Origin: Anaerolineaceae bacterium UBA6105
Lineage (GTDB): Bacteria > Chloroflexota > Anaerolineae > Anaerolineales > Anaerolineaceae
Reading direction: 5' to 3'
Length of the DNA: 64,000 nucleotides
NCBI GenBank assembly: GCA_002423495.1
Contig: DIWN01000058.1
Coordinates: 4,080-68,079, forward strand
The notes under the pieces were generated by a model, which saw nothing but the letters and a program-made list of their open reading frames with translations, ran no database searches and was not told the DNA's origin. Both the position numbers and the translations under genes were made by a program. The stretch's first letter is position 1; the number at the start of each line of letters is the position of its first letter. Positions 55,663 to 64,000 of the stretch are shown here, one piece after another.

Positions 55663-56163
55663 ATGGCAGAAAAAAGTTTATTTGACAAGCTCTTTGGTAA
55701 AAAAGAGTCCAAGGAAGAATTAGAAGAAGCGGCTCGCAAAGCTGCTGAAGCAGCAAAGCGCGAAGCTGAAAAGGTTGCTGAAAAAGCAAAAAGTGAAGCC
55801 AAACTGGCTGCTGAAAAAGCAAAAAGTGAAGCCGAAGTCAAGGCTAAAGAAATCGCTGAAGCCAATAAAAAACGTGTTGAACAAGCCGAGCGTTACAAGG
55901 CTGAAGCTGAAGCTCGCAAAGCCGAGCACGAAGCTCGCCGCGCCGCTGAAGAAGCCGCCCGCGCAGCCGCATTCATTGGTGAACACACCGTTACTGCTGA
56001 TGACACTCTCAGCCATATTGCGCTGAAATTCTACGGAAAAGCCTTACCCCCCTATTACAAACTCATCTACGAAGCCAACAAAGACATCATTGGCGACAAC
56101 ATGAACATAATCGTGCCTGGTCAGGTTCTTAGAATCCCTGCACTGCCCGAAGACCTGAAGTAA
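55663..56163 (+). CDS. LysM-domain protein with K/E/A-rich coiled-coil N-terminus
   Basis: HTVTADDTLSHIALKFYG...VPGQVLRIP is a LysM domain; AAGGAG upstream. Confidence 0.75.
   Translation: MAEKSLFDKLFGKKESKEELEEAARKAAEAAKREAEKVAEKAKSEAKLAAEKAKSEAEVKAKEIAEANKKRVEQAERYKAEAEARKAEHEARRAAEEAARAAAFIGEHTVTADDTLSHIALKFYGKALPPYYKLIYEANKDIIGDNMNIIVPGQVLRIPALPEDLK
55777..55830 (+). repeat. perfect 24-nt direct repeat at 30-nt period inside the LysM gene
   Basis: GCTGAAAAAGCAAAAAGTGAAGCC at 55777-55800 and 55807-55830. Confidence 0.9.
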
Positions 56164-56179
56164 AAAACAGACCGGTCAC

Positions 56180-57187
56180 ATGGCAGAAAATTTTGATCTA
56201 AGCACTGTTTTTAAGGCGGTTACTGAAGCCTTGAAAGAGAATCAGTCCGCCCTTGATGCCGCGGATGAATACAACGGCGATCATGGCACTCACATGGTGG
56301 AAACTTTCAATTTGATCCAACAAGCTGTTGCATCCAAATCTGACAGACCTGCTTCCGACCAACTGGCATTTGCCAGCAAACAGTTGCGTGCATCCACCAC
56401 AAGCGGTTCAGCCAAACTTTATGCCGAAGGGCTCCAAGAAGCTGCTGAGCAATTTAAGGGGAAGGAATTTACCCAAAAATCTGCCGGCACGCTGATTAAT
56501 GCCCTTATGGGCAGCAAGCCTTCAGCGGAAGGTGGTTCTGGTGATTTTCTTTCGACCTTGCTCGGCGGTCTCACCGGAGGCTCACAAAGCACACCCCAAC
56601 CCCAGGCGCAGCAACCTGCTCCTCAGCAACCGGATGATTTGGTAGGTTCTCTGCTTGGGAACATCCCGCAGCAAACCAGCAATCAGCCGCAATCCCAAGC
56701 CGGTGGCGATCTGCTGAGCACATTGCTTGGTGGATTGGGTGGATCTCAAGCCCAGCAACAGCAGCAACCCCCTCAGGAAGCTGATGGCGACCTGCTGAGC
56801 ACCTTGCTTGGTGGATTGGGCGGCTCTCAAACCCAACAACAACCTCAACCAAGCCAGTCAGGTGGCGGTGATCTGCTAAGCACACTTCTCGGTGGGCTCG
56901 GTGGCGGCACTTCTTCCTCGCAGGGCTCTGGCGGGGGTATGGGAGATTTGCTCTCCACCCTTCTTGGCGGTCAAAGTTCCAGTCAAAGTGGCTCCAGTGG
57001 TTTGGATGCCAAAGATCTTCTGAGCGCCGCATTGGCATATTTCTCGGCCAAACAAAGCGGTCAGTCTAACATGCAATCAATTATGCAGGCCATTTCGGCT
57101 GCAAGTCGTTTTGGTGGCAGCGCGGACCGTGCTCAATCTGGCGCGGTAGTGGTCAACACCATTCTTGATATGATCGGGTCCAATTAG
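56180..57187 (+). CDS. repeat protein: DhaL/DAK2-like N-terminal segment followed by (G)DLLSTLLGGLGG + Q/S-rich repeats
   Basis: ALDAADEYNGDHGTHM resembles the DhaL xLDxxxGDGDHGxNM motif. Seven DLLSTLLGG-like units follow. Confidence 0.6.
   Translation: MAENFDLSTVFKAVTEALKENQSALDAADEYNGDHGTHMVETFNLIQQAVASKSDRPASDQLAFASKQLRASTTSGSAKLYAEGLQEAAEQFKGKEFTQKSAGTLINALMGSKPSAEGGSGDFLSTLLGGLTGGSQSTPQPQAQQPAPQQPDDLVGSLLGNIPQQTSNQPQSQAGGDLLSTLLGGLGGSQAQQQQQPPQEADGDLLSTLLGGLGGSQTQQQPQPSQSGGGDLLSTLLGGLGGGTSSSQGSGGGMGDLLSTLLGGQSSSQSGSSGLDAKDLLSAALAYFSAKQSGQSNMQSIMQAISAASRFGGSADRAQSGAVVVNTILDMIGSN
56538..57040 (+). repeat. in-frame coding tandem repeats (DLLSTLLGG units separated by Q/S/G-rich spacers)
   Basis: GDFLSTLLGG, DDLVGSLLGN, GDLLSTLLGG x3, GDLLSTLLGGQ, KDLLSAALAY. 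Confidence 0.8.
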
Positions 57188-57215
57188 CCTCGGCGTTGGA
57201 TCAATCCGGATAAGC

Positions 57216-57241
57216 AAAAAGCCCCTTTTGAGGGGCTTTTT
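57216..57241. terminator. bidirectional intrinsic terminator
   Basis: AAAAAGCCCCT-TTTG-AGGGGCTTTTT between convergent genes. Confidence 0.85.
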
Positions 57242-57259
57242 GTTGACACCTCTTAGCTG

Positions 57260-57754
57260 CTAACCAAGCGGGTACTTATCCGCAATTCGGAGAAGGTCCT
57301 CTTCATTGTGGACGTTGTCCATTAAATCCTGGAGCAGATCGTCGTCTCCCAGCATCTCTGCCAGCTGACTCATGTTGGCAAGATGTTCAGTGGGGTTGAC
57401 GGACGCCAGGGTAAAAAAGAGAGTGGCATATTTATCAGGGTCATTTTCATCAAAAACAACAGATTTTTCGACCTTCATAAATCCAATTTCCGTCTTAAAG
57501 ACGCCCACCGCACCCTGCTGAGCATGCGGCATCGCTACACCAGGAATCAAAACGATGTAAAAACCAAATTCTTCTACATTCTGAATAACTCTTTCCTGAT
57601 ATCGCTCATCGATCGTGCCATCTGCCAATAATGGCTTGCATCCGATTCTAATAGCTTCGCGCCAATCTGGTGCTTCTTCGATGAAAATGCAGTGTTTCTT
57701 TTCCACAAAATCATGCAGTAATGACATATAGATGGTCTCCTTTTTGCCCTTCAT
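57260..57754 (-). CDS. PTS EIIA-2 family protein (ascorbate/mannitol/Ntr type), orphan
   Basis: IPGVAMPHAQ active-site His context. Alternative start at Met 57727 (MSLLHDF). Confidence 0.75.
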   Translation of the reverse strand: MKGKKETIYMSLLHDFVEKKHCIFIEEAPDWREAIRIGCKPLLADGTIDERYQERVIQNVEEFGFYIVLIPGVAMPHAQQGAVGVFKTEIGFMKVEKSVVFDENDPDKYATLFFTLASVNPTEHLANMSQLAEMLGDDDLLQDLMDNVHNEEDLLRIADKYPLG

Positions 57755-57823
57755 TCACTTTTGATAATCTTATCACCACGCTCAATACAATCGAGCCGTT
57801 ATTGCCTTTTTGCAATTTTGTTC

Positions 57824-57854
57824 AAAAAAGCCTCTCGTGCTTGGCAGGAGAGGC
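57824..57854 (-). terminator. intrinsic terminator after the DUF4332 gene
   Basis: GCCTCTC-N11-GAGAGGC followed by T6 on the minus strand. Confidence 0.55.
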
Positions 57855-57901
57855 ATTCTTAATAAACCTTAATAAGGTTTGCAGTAAACTATAACCAGGG
57901 C

Positions 57902-58306
57902 TTAGTGAGTGACAACCCTTGGTAATTCTTTTGCCTGCATCACCCAGTCTGCAACCATCTTGGCGCTTGGTGGACGGCGAACCAGCTTTTTGGCTTTGTT
58001 CACTTCCTGGATCTTGGCATACAAGTTCTCAGGATTGCGGGTGGCAAGTTCCACCACGGTGTCAACGCCGGCTTCCTCGAGCAGGTCAGAATATTCCTGA
58101 CCAACGCCCTTGATCCGATAAAGATCGGCATGGTTAACCCATTCCAGGATCAGTTTGCGATCAACACCAGCTTTTTCAGCCAGTTCTTCGCGACCCTTGG
58201 CACCAGCACCGACTTTCAGCAATTGAGCTACAGTTGTAACTCCAGCTTCGGTCAACTTCTTAGCATATACAGGTCCAATTCCCTCAATATCCTCGATTTT
58301 TGGCAT
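57902..58306 (-). CDS. DUF4332-type tandem helix-hairpin-helix protein
   Basis: IEGIGPVYAKKLTEAGV and IKGVGQEYSDLLEEAGV HhH units. Confidence 0.65.
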   Translation of the reverse strand: MPKIEDIEGIGPVYAKKLTEAGVTTVAQLLKVGAGAKGREELAEKAGVDRKLILEWVNHADLYRIKGVGQEYSDLLEEAGVDTVVELATRNPENLYAKIQEVNKAKKLVRRPPSAKMVADWVMQAKELPRVVTH

Positions 58307-58438
58307 GTTTATCTCCTTAGTTTACTAATTAGAATTTTGAATATTATAGCATAGCTCCTTAGTGATGAAAGTCTTGCTTCGACACTTATTCAATGTAGAT
58401 AAACACAACACGCTTAGTTGCCATATAATATCGGTAAT

Positions 58439-59059
58439 ATGAATAATACAAAAGACAATATTCTAAATCAGGTCCTCCTGCTCCGAAAAGCTACCGTCAC
58501 GCAGCTTTCGGAAAAGCTTGCGATCAGTGAGATTTCCGTTCGCCACCACCTGATTAAGTTGGAAGCAGAGGGCCTCGTTTCCTCCTCGGAAGAACGCCAT
58601 GGCGTTGGCAGACCGCGCTTTATCTATAGCCTGACTGAAAAGGGCTACCAAGTTGCCCCTACCGATTACTTCAGGTTAACCGATCAAGCCCTGATCTCCA
58701 TGAAAAATTTCCTTGGACCTGAAACCTTCCTGGAGCTGCTGATACAATTCGGCTCAGATCTTGCGGAAGCTTATACGCGCTCCATCAGTTCGCAGAACCC
58801 TGAACAAATTCTTGAAGAAGTAGCCAGCAGTCTGACCCGGGATGGCTTTGTGTTTTCGTGGACCACATCAGGAGAAAGATTTGTACTTACCACGCATCAC
58901 TGCCCTGTCCATCACCTTGGACAAAAACACCCCGAAGTTTGTACTATCAACCACGCTCTGTTAGAATCCCTCATCCAACACCCGCTCAACCACGACACCT
59001 GCATTTTGCATGGTGACGCCGCCTGCACATACACTTACGAGGTCCTTGATGGAAAATAA
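58439..59059 (+). CDS. winged-helix (ArsR/DeoR-like) regulator with Cys-rich C-terminus, SufR-like
   Basis: N-terminal wHTH (ATVTQLSEKLAISEISVRHHLIKLEAEGLV). C-terminal Cys residues in HHCPVHH, EVCTIN, DTCILHGDAACTY. Track start TTG 58418 is also possible. Confidence 0.5.
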   Translation: MNNTKDNILNQVLLLRKATVTQLSEKLAISEISVRHHLIKLEAEGLVSSSEERHGVGRPRFIYSLTEKGYQVAPTDYFRLTDQALISMKNFLGPETFLELLIQFGSDLAEAYTRSISSQNPEQILEEVASSLTRDGFVFSWTTSGERFVLTTHHCPVHHLGQKHPEVCTINHALLESLIQHPLNHDTCILHGDAACTYTYEVLDGK

Positions 59060-59393
59060 AGCGAAGTTTACCTGGGAAATCCAAAACACTGATCCGGAAA
59101 AATACAATGATTTGATTGAAGGATTATCAGGAATCACTGATCCTGAGTTGGGCTACTCTGTTATTGAGCTTGGTTTGGTACGGGAAATCAAGCTGACCGA
59201 TCAGGGAGCTTATGTTCGCATGATCCTGACCACACCCTATTGCCCCTACGGTCCAGCGATGCTCGAAGAAACCCGCAATAAAGTTGAAAAGACCCTTGGC
59301 GTTCCAACCAGCATGGAGTTTGGCGTGGAGCCCTGGACACCCGACATGATGGAAGATGACCTGTTCGACCCGGAATGGGGTTTGTTGCCTTAG
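59049..59393 (+). CDS. DUF59/MIP18 (SufT-like) Fe-S assembly protein
   Basis: ITDPELGYSVIELGLVREI...TTPYCP motif. ATG 59049 overlaps the upstream stop. Confidence 0.75.
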   Translation: MENKAKFTWEIQNTDPEKYNDLIEGLSGITDPELGYSVIELGLVREIKLTDQGAYVRMILTTPYCPYGPAMLEETRNKVEKTLGVPTSMEFGVEPWTPDMMEDDLFDPEWGLLP

Positions 59394-59394
59394 A

Positions 59395-59715
59395 TTACTG
59401 CTTCAGCAGGCTAAACAGCTTCATTCCCAATGCCATATCGCCGGATATCTTTATCTTGCCGGTCATGAACGCCATCATGGGGTTCAGACTACCCCTTAGC
59501 AATTTCTCAGCAACTTCCGTACTGGTGTTCACTGTCAACTCAGGTGCTGCCATCGTTCCCTGGCTAACGCTCACCTTGAGATCGCCCAACACCAAACCCC
59601 ACTTGCCGCCACCTTGACCAGTCAGGTTAAATTGTATCCGTCCGCTCAAATCTTTTATTTCCTCAGCATCCACCATGGCTGGTAAAGAATTCATCAACGC
59701 ATGGAAATCGGTCAT
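59395..59715 (-). CDS. SCP2 sterol-carrier-like domain protein
   Basis: AFMTGKIKISGDMALGMKL C-terminal SCP2 signature. Confidence 0.7.
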   Translation of the reverse strand: MTDFHALMNSLPAMVDAEEIKDLSGRIQFNLTGQGGGKWGLVLGDLKVSVSQGTMAAPELTVNTSTEVAEKLLRGSLNPMMAFMTGKIKISGDMALGMKLFSLLKQ

Positions 59716-59854
59716 TTCAACTCCTTTTTTATTAGAACTATATAAAGTTAATCGTTTTTTTTAACCGCGCGCACTTAAGCTGTTGTATAATACTATCAGT
59801 CAAAGCAGGAGAAGTGACTCCTGTAAATTTAGTATAAGCTTTTTAAGGAGAAAA

Positions 59855-60016
59855 ATGGACAAATACGAATGCATCGCCTGTGGTTATATCTACGATCCAG
59901 CTATTGGTGACCCCACCGCCGGGATCGAACCTGGCACATCATTTGAAGACTTGCCCGAAGATTGGGTCTGCCCCGATTGCGGCGTTGGCAAGGATCAATT
60001 CGAGAAAATTAGCTAA
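59855..60016 (+). CDS. rubredoxin
   Basis: [15 protein letters not shown]...[19 protein letters not shown] lies before ATG 59855. Confidence 0.9.
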   Translation: MDKYECIACGYIYDPAIGDPTAGIEPGTSFEDLPEDWVCPDCGVGKDQFEKIS

Positions 60017-60039
60017 CAACAATCAATCATTCAAATAAA

Positions 60040-60071
60040 ACGGCCTGAACCACAACCTTCAGGTCGTTTTT
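60040..60071 (+). terminator. intrinsic terminator after rubredoxin
   Basis: ACGGCCTGAA-N8-TTCAGGTCGT then TTTT. Confidence 0.7.
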
Positions 60072-60227
60072 ACTTTCCGGATGAGCGGGCGATTCGAGGC
60101 TAAGCAGATCCCCTTTAGCCTGTGGTTCCAGGCAAGATACTGGTAAAATATACCTGCCCTCAGACTACTCACTTAATGCTCGACCTGAGAGGTAAAAAAG
60201 AAAATATCACAAAAAAGGAGCTTGTTA

Positions 60228-61646
60228 ATGTTTCAAGATTTTGGAGAGGCATTGAAATTCATTCAGGAAAACGAGGTGCGAATAATCGACCTCAAATGGG
60301 GCGACCTGTTTGGTCGTTGGCATCATGTTTCGCTATCGACTGAATCTTTTACGCCCCAGATGATGCGGGACGGTATTGGCTTTGATGGCTCTGCCGTTGG
60401 ATTTAAACATGTCACAGGTGGGGATATGATCCTCATTCCTGATCTTTCAACTGGCTTCATGGATCCGTTTTTCAAGCGTCCGACTCTCTCCTTCCTGGCA
60501 GATATCTACGAAGCAGACAGCAAGGCGCGATTTGATTTTGATCCACGCCAGATTGTGGCCAAGGCTGAAGCTTATCTGAAACAGACCGGCGTTGCCGATC
60601 GTTCTGTCTGGGGTCCGGAATACGAATTCTTTATCCTGGATGAAGTCAGCTATGATAACCGCTTGAACGCCAGCTCTTATTCAATCGTCTCATACGAATC
60701 CGATTGGATGGAGAATCCAACCACCAACGGCTACCTGGTTTCCAACCACAAGGGATACCATCAAATTGCGCCGGGTGACCAAAACCAGGATCTGCGCAAC
60801 GAGATTTCGTTGATGATGGAAGATTTCGGCTACAAAGTCAAGTACCACCACCACGAAGCGGGTGGTCCCGGACATGGCGAAATTGAACCCCCTCTGCAGG
60901 ACATTTTCAAATCCACCGATGGATCCATGATGGTCAAGTACCTGGCGAAAAATCTGGCTTACGGCGAGGGAAAAACTATCACCTTCATGCCAAAACCGTT
61001 TTTTGGCGCTGCAGGCAGCGGAATGCACTTCCACCAATTCCTGACAAAAGGTGGTGTAAATGTTTTTTATGACGGCAAAGGTTATGCTAATCTGAGCGAA
61101 ACGGCTTTGTATTACGTGGGCGGCATTCTCGACCACGCCAGGGCACTTTGCGCACTCACCAATCCCTCAACCAATTCCTTCAAGCGCCTTGCTCCAGGCT
61201 TTGAGGCCCCCACCAGCTGTTTCTTTGGTAAGGGCGATCGCAACGCCGCTGTCCGTGCCCCCAAGTATGCCACCGACCCAAGTGAAGTCCGGGTGGAATA
61301 CCGCACACCGGATGGCACCTGCAATCCCTACCTGGCAATCCCCGCCATGCTCCTGGCTGGGCTGGATGGCATTGCCCGAAAAGTGGACCCTCGCGAAGCA
61401 GGCTATGGACCTTTTGATGACGACGTCCTGGCCTGGCCGGAATCGGAACAAAAACGCATCAAGAAAGTCCCCTTCTCGCTTAACGAAGCCCTGGATGCCC
61501 TCGAGCAGGATCACGACTTCCTGACGAACTCCGGCGTATTCTCTGAAGAGTTTATTAATTTCTGGGTGAAAACGCTGCGCAAAGAAGCGATCGACATTCT
61601 GACCCGTCCGATCCCAATCGAAATCGAGCGTTACCTGGATTGCTAA
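60228..61646 (+). CDS. glnA: glutamine synthetase type I (no adenylylation-site Tyr motif seen)
   Basis: GFDGSA, GPEYEFF, HHHEAG..GHGEIE, NPYL. AAAGGAG lies before ATG 60228. Confidence 0.9.
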   Translation: MFQDFGEALKFIQENEVRIIDLKWGDLFGRWHHVSLSTESFTPQMMRDGIGFDGSAVGFKHVTGGDMILIPDLSTGFMDPFFKRPTLSFLADIYEADSKARFDFDPRQIVAKAEAYLKQTGVADRSVWGPEYEFFILDEVSYDNRLNASSYSIVSYESDWMENPTTNGYLVSNHKGYHQIAPGDQNQDLRNEISLMMEDFGYKVKYHHHEAGGPGHGEIEPPLQDIFKSTDGSMMVKYLAKNLAYGEGKTITFMPKPFFGAAGSGMHFHQFLTKGGVNVFYDGKGYANLSETALYYVGGILDHARALCALTNPSTNSFKRLAPGFEAPTSCFFGKGDRNAAVRAPKYATDPSEVRVEYRTPDGTCNPYLAIPAMLLAGLDGIARKVDPREAGYGPFDDDVLAWPESEQKRIKKVPFSLNEALDALEQDHDFLTNSGVFSEEFINFWVKTLRKEAIDILTRPIPIEIERYLDC

Positions 61647-61663
61647 CATATCCAATAGCTGTG

Positions 61664-61694
61664 AAAGCACCTGCCTCTTGGCAGGTGCTTTTTT
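61664..61694 (+). terminator. intrinsic terminator after glnA
   Basis: AAAGCACCTGCC-TCTT-GGCAGGTGCTTT then TTT. Confidence 0.85.
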
Positions 61695-61810
61695 AATTTC
61701 GATCAATTATTGATAATTCCATGGAAATTCGTCTTGAAAAACCTACTATTTTTCAAATTATTGACGTATAATGATGTCACTATACTCGTTCAAGATTGGA
61801 GGAAATTCTT

Positions 61811-62923
61811 ATGGCAAGTGTTACGTACGATCATGTTTGGAAGCGTTTTGGTGACGTAGTCGCCGTGCAAGACTTAAGTCTTGCAATCGAAGATAAAGAG
61901 TTCTTAGTCCTTGTTGGCCCTTCCGGCTGCGGCAAGACGACAGCTCTGCGCTGTCTTGCTGGCTTGGAAGAAATCTCAGAGGGTGAAGTGCTCATTGGCG
62001 ACCAGGTCGTCAACGACATTGCCCCCAAAGATCGTGACATCGCAATGGTTTTCCAAAGCTATGCCCTCTACCCCCACATGTCTGTCTACGACAACATGGC
62101 ATTTGGCTTGAAACTGCGCAAATTTGACAAAGCTGACATCGATCGGCGTGTCAAAGAAGCAGCTCAGATTCTCGGTATCGAAGGCCTGCTCAAGCGCAAG
62201 CCCAAGGAACTCTCTGGCGGTCAGCGTCAGCGTGTGGCTGTTGGGCGTGCTATCGTGCGTGAGCCAAAGGTTTTCCTCTTTGATGAGCCCTTGTCAAACC
62301 TCGACGCAAAACTTCGTGTCCAGACCCGCGCCGAGCTTTCCAAGCTCCACAAGCGCCTTGAGACCACCTTCATCTATGTCACCCATGACCAGACTGAAGC
62401 CATGACCATGGCAACCCGGATTGCCGTCATGAACAAAGGCAAGCTGCAGCAGCTCGATACACCGCAGGTGCTCTATGATCATCCCGCGAATCTCTTCGTT
62501 GCCGGCTTTATTGGCTCCCCTGCCATGAATTTCTTCAATGGCAAGGTCTACATCGAAGAGGGCGTGATGTTCGTGGATATGGGCTCCTTCCGCGTTCGTG
62601 TCCCGGACCATGACATCCCTCGCTACGAGAGTGTTATCGGTAAGGAAATCATCTTCGGCATTCGCCCTGAAGACATTCACAATCCCGAGTTTGCCCCTCC
62701 CAGCATCATTGCTGAGCCTGTGGACGTAACCGTGGATGTGACCGAACTGATGGGTAACGAAATCTTCCTTTACCTGGTCCAAGGCGACCACACTTTCATC
62801 GCCCGGGTTGACCCCCGAACTCATGTTGAGTTTGGTGACAAGATGCAGGTTGTCTTCAACATGGACAACTTCCACATCTTCGATCCCAGCCTCGACCCGG
62901 AAAATCCGCCCGTCGTCTTGTAG
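61811..62923 (+). CDS. sugar-type ABC transporter ATP-binding protein (MalK/UgpC/MsmX-like), no cognate permease in window
   Basis: [29 protein letters not shown]-terminal TOBE-like domain. GGAGG lies before ATG 61811. Confidence 0.85.
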   Translation: MASVTYDHVWKRFGDVVAVQDLSLAIEDKEFLVLVGPSGCGKTTALRCLAGLEEISEGEVLIGDQVVNDIAPKDRDIAMVFQSYALYPHMSVYDNMAFGLKLRKFDKADIDRRVKEAAQILGIEGLLKRKPKELSGGQRQRVAVGRAIVREPKVFLFDEPLSNLDAKLRVQTRAELSKLHKRLETTFIYVTHDQTEAMTMATRIAVMNKGKLQQLDTPQVLYDHPANLFVAGFIGSPAMNFFNGKVYIEEGVMFVDMGSFRVRVPDHDIPRYESVIGKEIIFGIRPEDIHNPEFAPPSIIAEPVDVTVDVTELMGNEIFLYLVQGDHTFIARVDPRTHVEFGDKMQVVFNMDNFHIFDPSLDPENPPVVL

Positions 62924-62933
62924 ATATCACAAC

Positions 62934-62962
62934 AAAAGACCCCCGGTTTCGGGGGTCTTTTT
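62934..62962. terminator. bidirectional intrinsic terminator
   Basis: AAAAGACCCCCG-GTTT-CGGGGGTCTTTTT between convergent genes. Confidence 0.85.
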
Positions 62963-62964
62963 GC

Positions 62965-63633
62965 TTAAGCAACAGTCTTTGACTTACGCTTGCGTGTCAA
63001 TAACACCAGCATAATCCCAATAACCAGTGCGAAAATCAGCACAAGCGCGAAAGCATCCCGCCAGAACACGAAGGGAAAGAGGCGGATGAGCGTACTGGAT
63101 TCATCAAACAGCCAGGTGCCATCCGCAAAAAAGAGGCGGTGGAAGCGGTCGAAAAGAGTATCGAAACTTACCAGCAAAAAGATCAGCAACGCTCCAATAA
63201 AGCCTAAAGTCACCCAGGCTGCAGCCTGAAATGCCTGCCGCAGCGAGCTCCACTGCGCCATGATCAGGAACCAGCCGAGAATTGCAATACTTAGTCCGAT
63301 GATAATGTACCAGGCGAGCAAGGCTCCCTGCACTACCTCCTTGACGTCCACCATGTGCGAAAGTTCAGATTCGGTAAAAATCTTTTGCCCTTGGAAATTC
63401 TGCAGGTTGCCAAGGTAATCAATCGGCTCGTTGTTGGTCAGATAGCGGATGGAATAGTCGGCCCACTGCTTGCGCTCGTGGGTTTCCATGCCGTAGGGGT
63501 CAAGCGGGAAGCCGGCGCGGGTATATTCGAACTCGGCGAAGGCCGGGCTCATGATCAGCCTCACCCCACCCATCAGAATGATGAACAGGATGAACAATGC
63601 CAGAATAACAACCAGGATCTTATTTATTTTCAT
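62965..63633 (-). CDS. integral membrane protein, TIGR01906/DUF1461-like
   Basis: N-terminal TM, extracytoplasmic region, three C-terminal TMs, FDRFHRLFF..GTWLF motif. Confidence 0.55.
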   Translation of the reverse strand: MKINKILVVILALFILFIILMGGVRLIMSPAFAEFEYTRAGFPLDPYGMETHERKQWADYSIRYLTNNEPIDYLGNLQNFQGQKIFTESELSHMVDVKEVVQGALLAWYIIIGLSIAILGWFLIMAQWSSLRQAFQAAAWVTLGFIGALLIFLLVSFDTLFDRFHRLFFADGTWLFDESSTLIRLFPFVFWRDAFALVLIFALVIGIMLVLLTRKRKSKTVA

Positions 63634-63803
63634 GAGATTTCCTTTTCCTAAATCAGGTTAATTATAGCCGGTCATTGAAAATGAGGTTTAAGAAAATTTT
63701 TTGGACCCATATGGATCAAGACATGAGCGATTCTGTTCTCGCCGGTGTCAGCACCGTGCGAGGTATTTGACCGCCAGGTCTCCAAAAATGTCCTTATCGC
63801 AGC

Positions 63804-63935
63804 CGTAGGTCAGGTTGCGCAGCCTGCCCCGTTTTTTTTGGCGGGGTTCAACCTGACGTCGGAAACCTACCTTTGTCGAGGATGTTATTTGCCAATATAC
63901 GTGATGTCAGGTTCAGAAGAAGAACCTGACCTACG
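63804..63935. repeat. cluster of four GTCAGGTT/AACCTGAC cores forming two hairpins and a 13-nt long-range inverted repeat
   Basis: CGTAGGTCAGGTT (63804-63816) against AACCTGACCTACG (63923-63935). Local stems are 63809-63817/63849-63857 and 63906-63914/63922-63930. Confidence 0.6.
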
Positions 63936-64000
63936 CGATGTCACCGCATGTAACGAATGTAGAGGCGACGCAGTGCAAAGCCTCCCCTTGCGGGATGCGT

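Noticed and set aside
55608-56016. Antisense ORFs opposite the LysM gene
   Set aside because: These are low-complexity A/S/F-rich translations of the K/E/A-rich coding repeat, with no start context.
56571-57038. 155-aa and 88-aa antisense ORFs opposite the DLLSTLLGG-repeat gene
   Set aside because: They are artefacts of the repetitive, low-complexity sequence. The sense ORF has a start context, an N-terminal globular part and a terminator.
60072-60227. Glutamine riboswitch or GlnR/TnrA/NtcA site upstream of glnA
   Set aside because: I found no glnA-RNA-like core, no TGTNAN7TNACA motif and no GTAN8TAC motif. There is only a short hairpin (GGCTAA..TTAGCC).
1-64000. CRISPR arrays, transposases, integrases, prophage or toxin-antitoxin modules
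   Set aside because: No regularly spaced direct repeats and no ORF with recognisable motifs of these families were seen. The only repeats are in-gene coding repeats and the inverted-repeat cluster at 63.8-63.9 kb.

Overview
This 64-kb window appears to come from an anaerobic bacterium. The gene content, a T-box leader on ileS and a selenoprotein HdrA fit a Chloroflexota/Anaerolineae-like organism, but that is only a guess. I saw no rRNA, CRISPR array, transposase, integrase or phage genes.

Layout:
(1) 1-9.3 kb (+): the 3' part of a sigma-54 activator that lacks a DNA-binding HTH, then a near-consensus -24/-12 promoter. Downstream are a small membrane protein, a ~1779-aa all-TPR protein and a 922-aa protein combining TPR-like repeats with a clan CD (peptidase C25-like) domain.
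(2) 9.5-19.3 kb (+): a nine-gene, translationally coupled redox operon. It encodes a tungsten-type aldehyde:ferredoxin oxidoreductase (AOR), an Fe-S partner, an HdrA-MvhD fusion, an HdrC-like ferredoxin, a free MvhD, Flx-like Fe-S and FAD/NAD(P)H subunits, and a polyferredoxin. There is no HdrB. The HdrA gene carries an in-frame UGA, read here as selenocysteine, which the ORF track reports as two ORFs split at 12568.
(3) 19.6-30.4 kb (-): housekeeping genes: metallophosphoesterase, BNR-repeat exoprotein, ltaE, rluD, lspA, ileS with T-box leader, tRNA-His and hisS.
(4) 30.5-49.0 kb (+): a DRTGG / CBS-HATPase / DRTGG / PHP sensory quartet and a first NuoE/NuoF-like pair. A HydABC-style flavin module follows (NuoE-like, HATPase, Cys-less ferredoxin-fold protein, NuoF-like with C-terminal ferredoxin domain, long NuoG-like), attached to [NiFe] small and large subunits. 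An intrinsic terminator, the endopeptidase and hypABFCDE come next.
(5) 49-64 kb: a lipoprotein serine hydrolase, a methyltransferase and a PIG-L deacetylase. On the minus strand are sufCBD plus an unknown coupled ORF. The remaining genes are a LysM protein and a repeat protein, PTS EIIA, DUF4332, SufR-like plus SufT-like, SCP2, rubredoxin, glnA, an orphan sugar-type ABC ATPase and a TIGR01906-like membrane protein. A structured inverted-repeat cluster sits at the window end.

Most interesting candidates: the AOR-HdrA(Sec)-Flx operon, the chimeric [NiFe]/HydABC-type hydrogenase with duplicated and cluster-less modules, and the sigma-54-driven TPR/C25-like operon.
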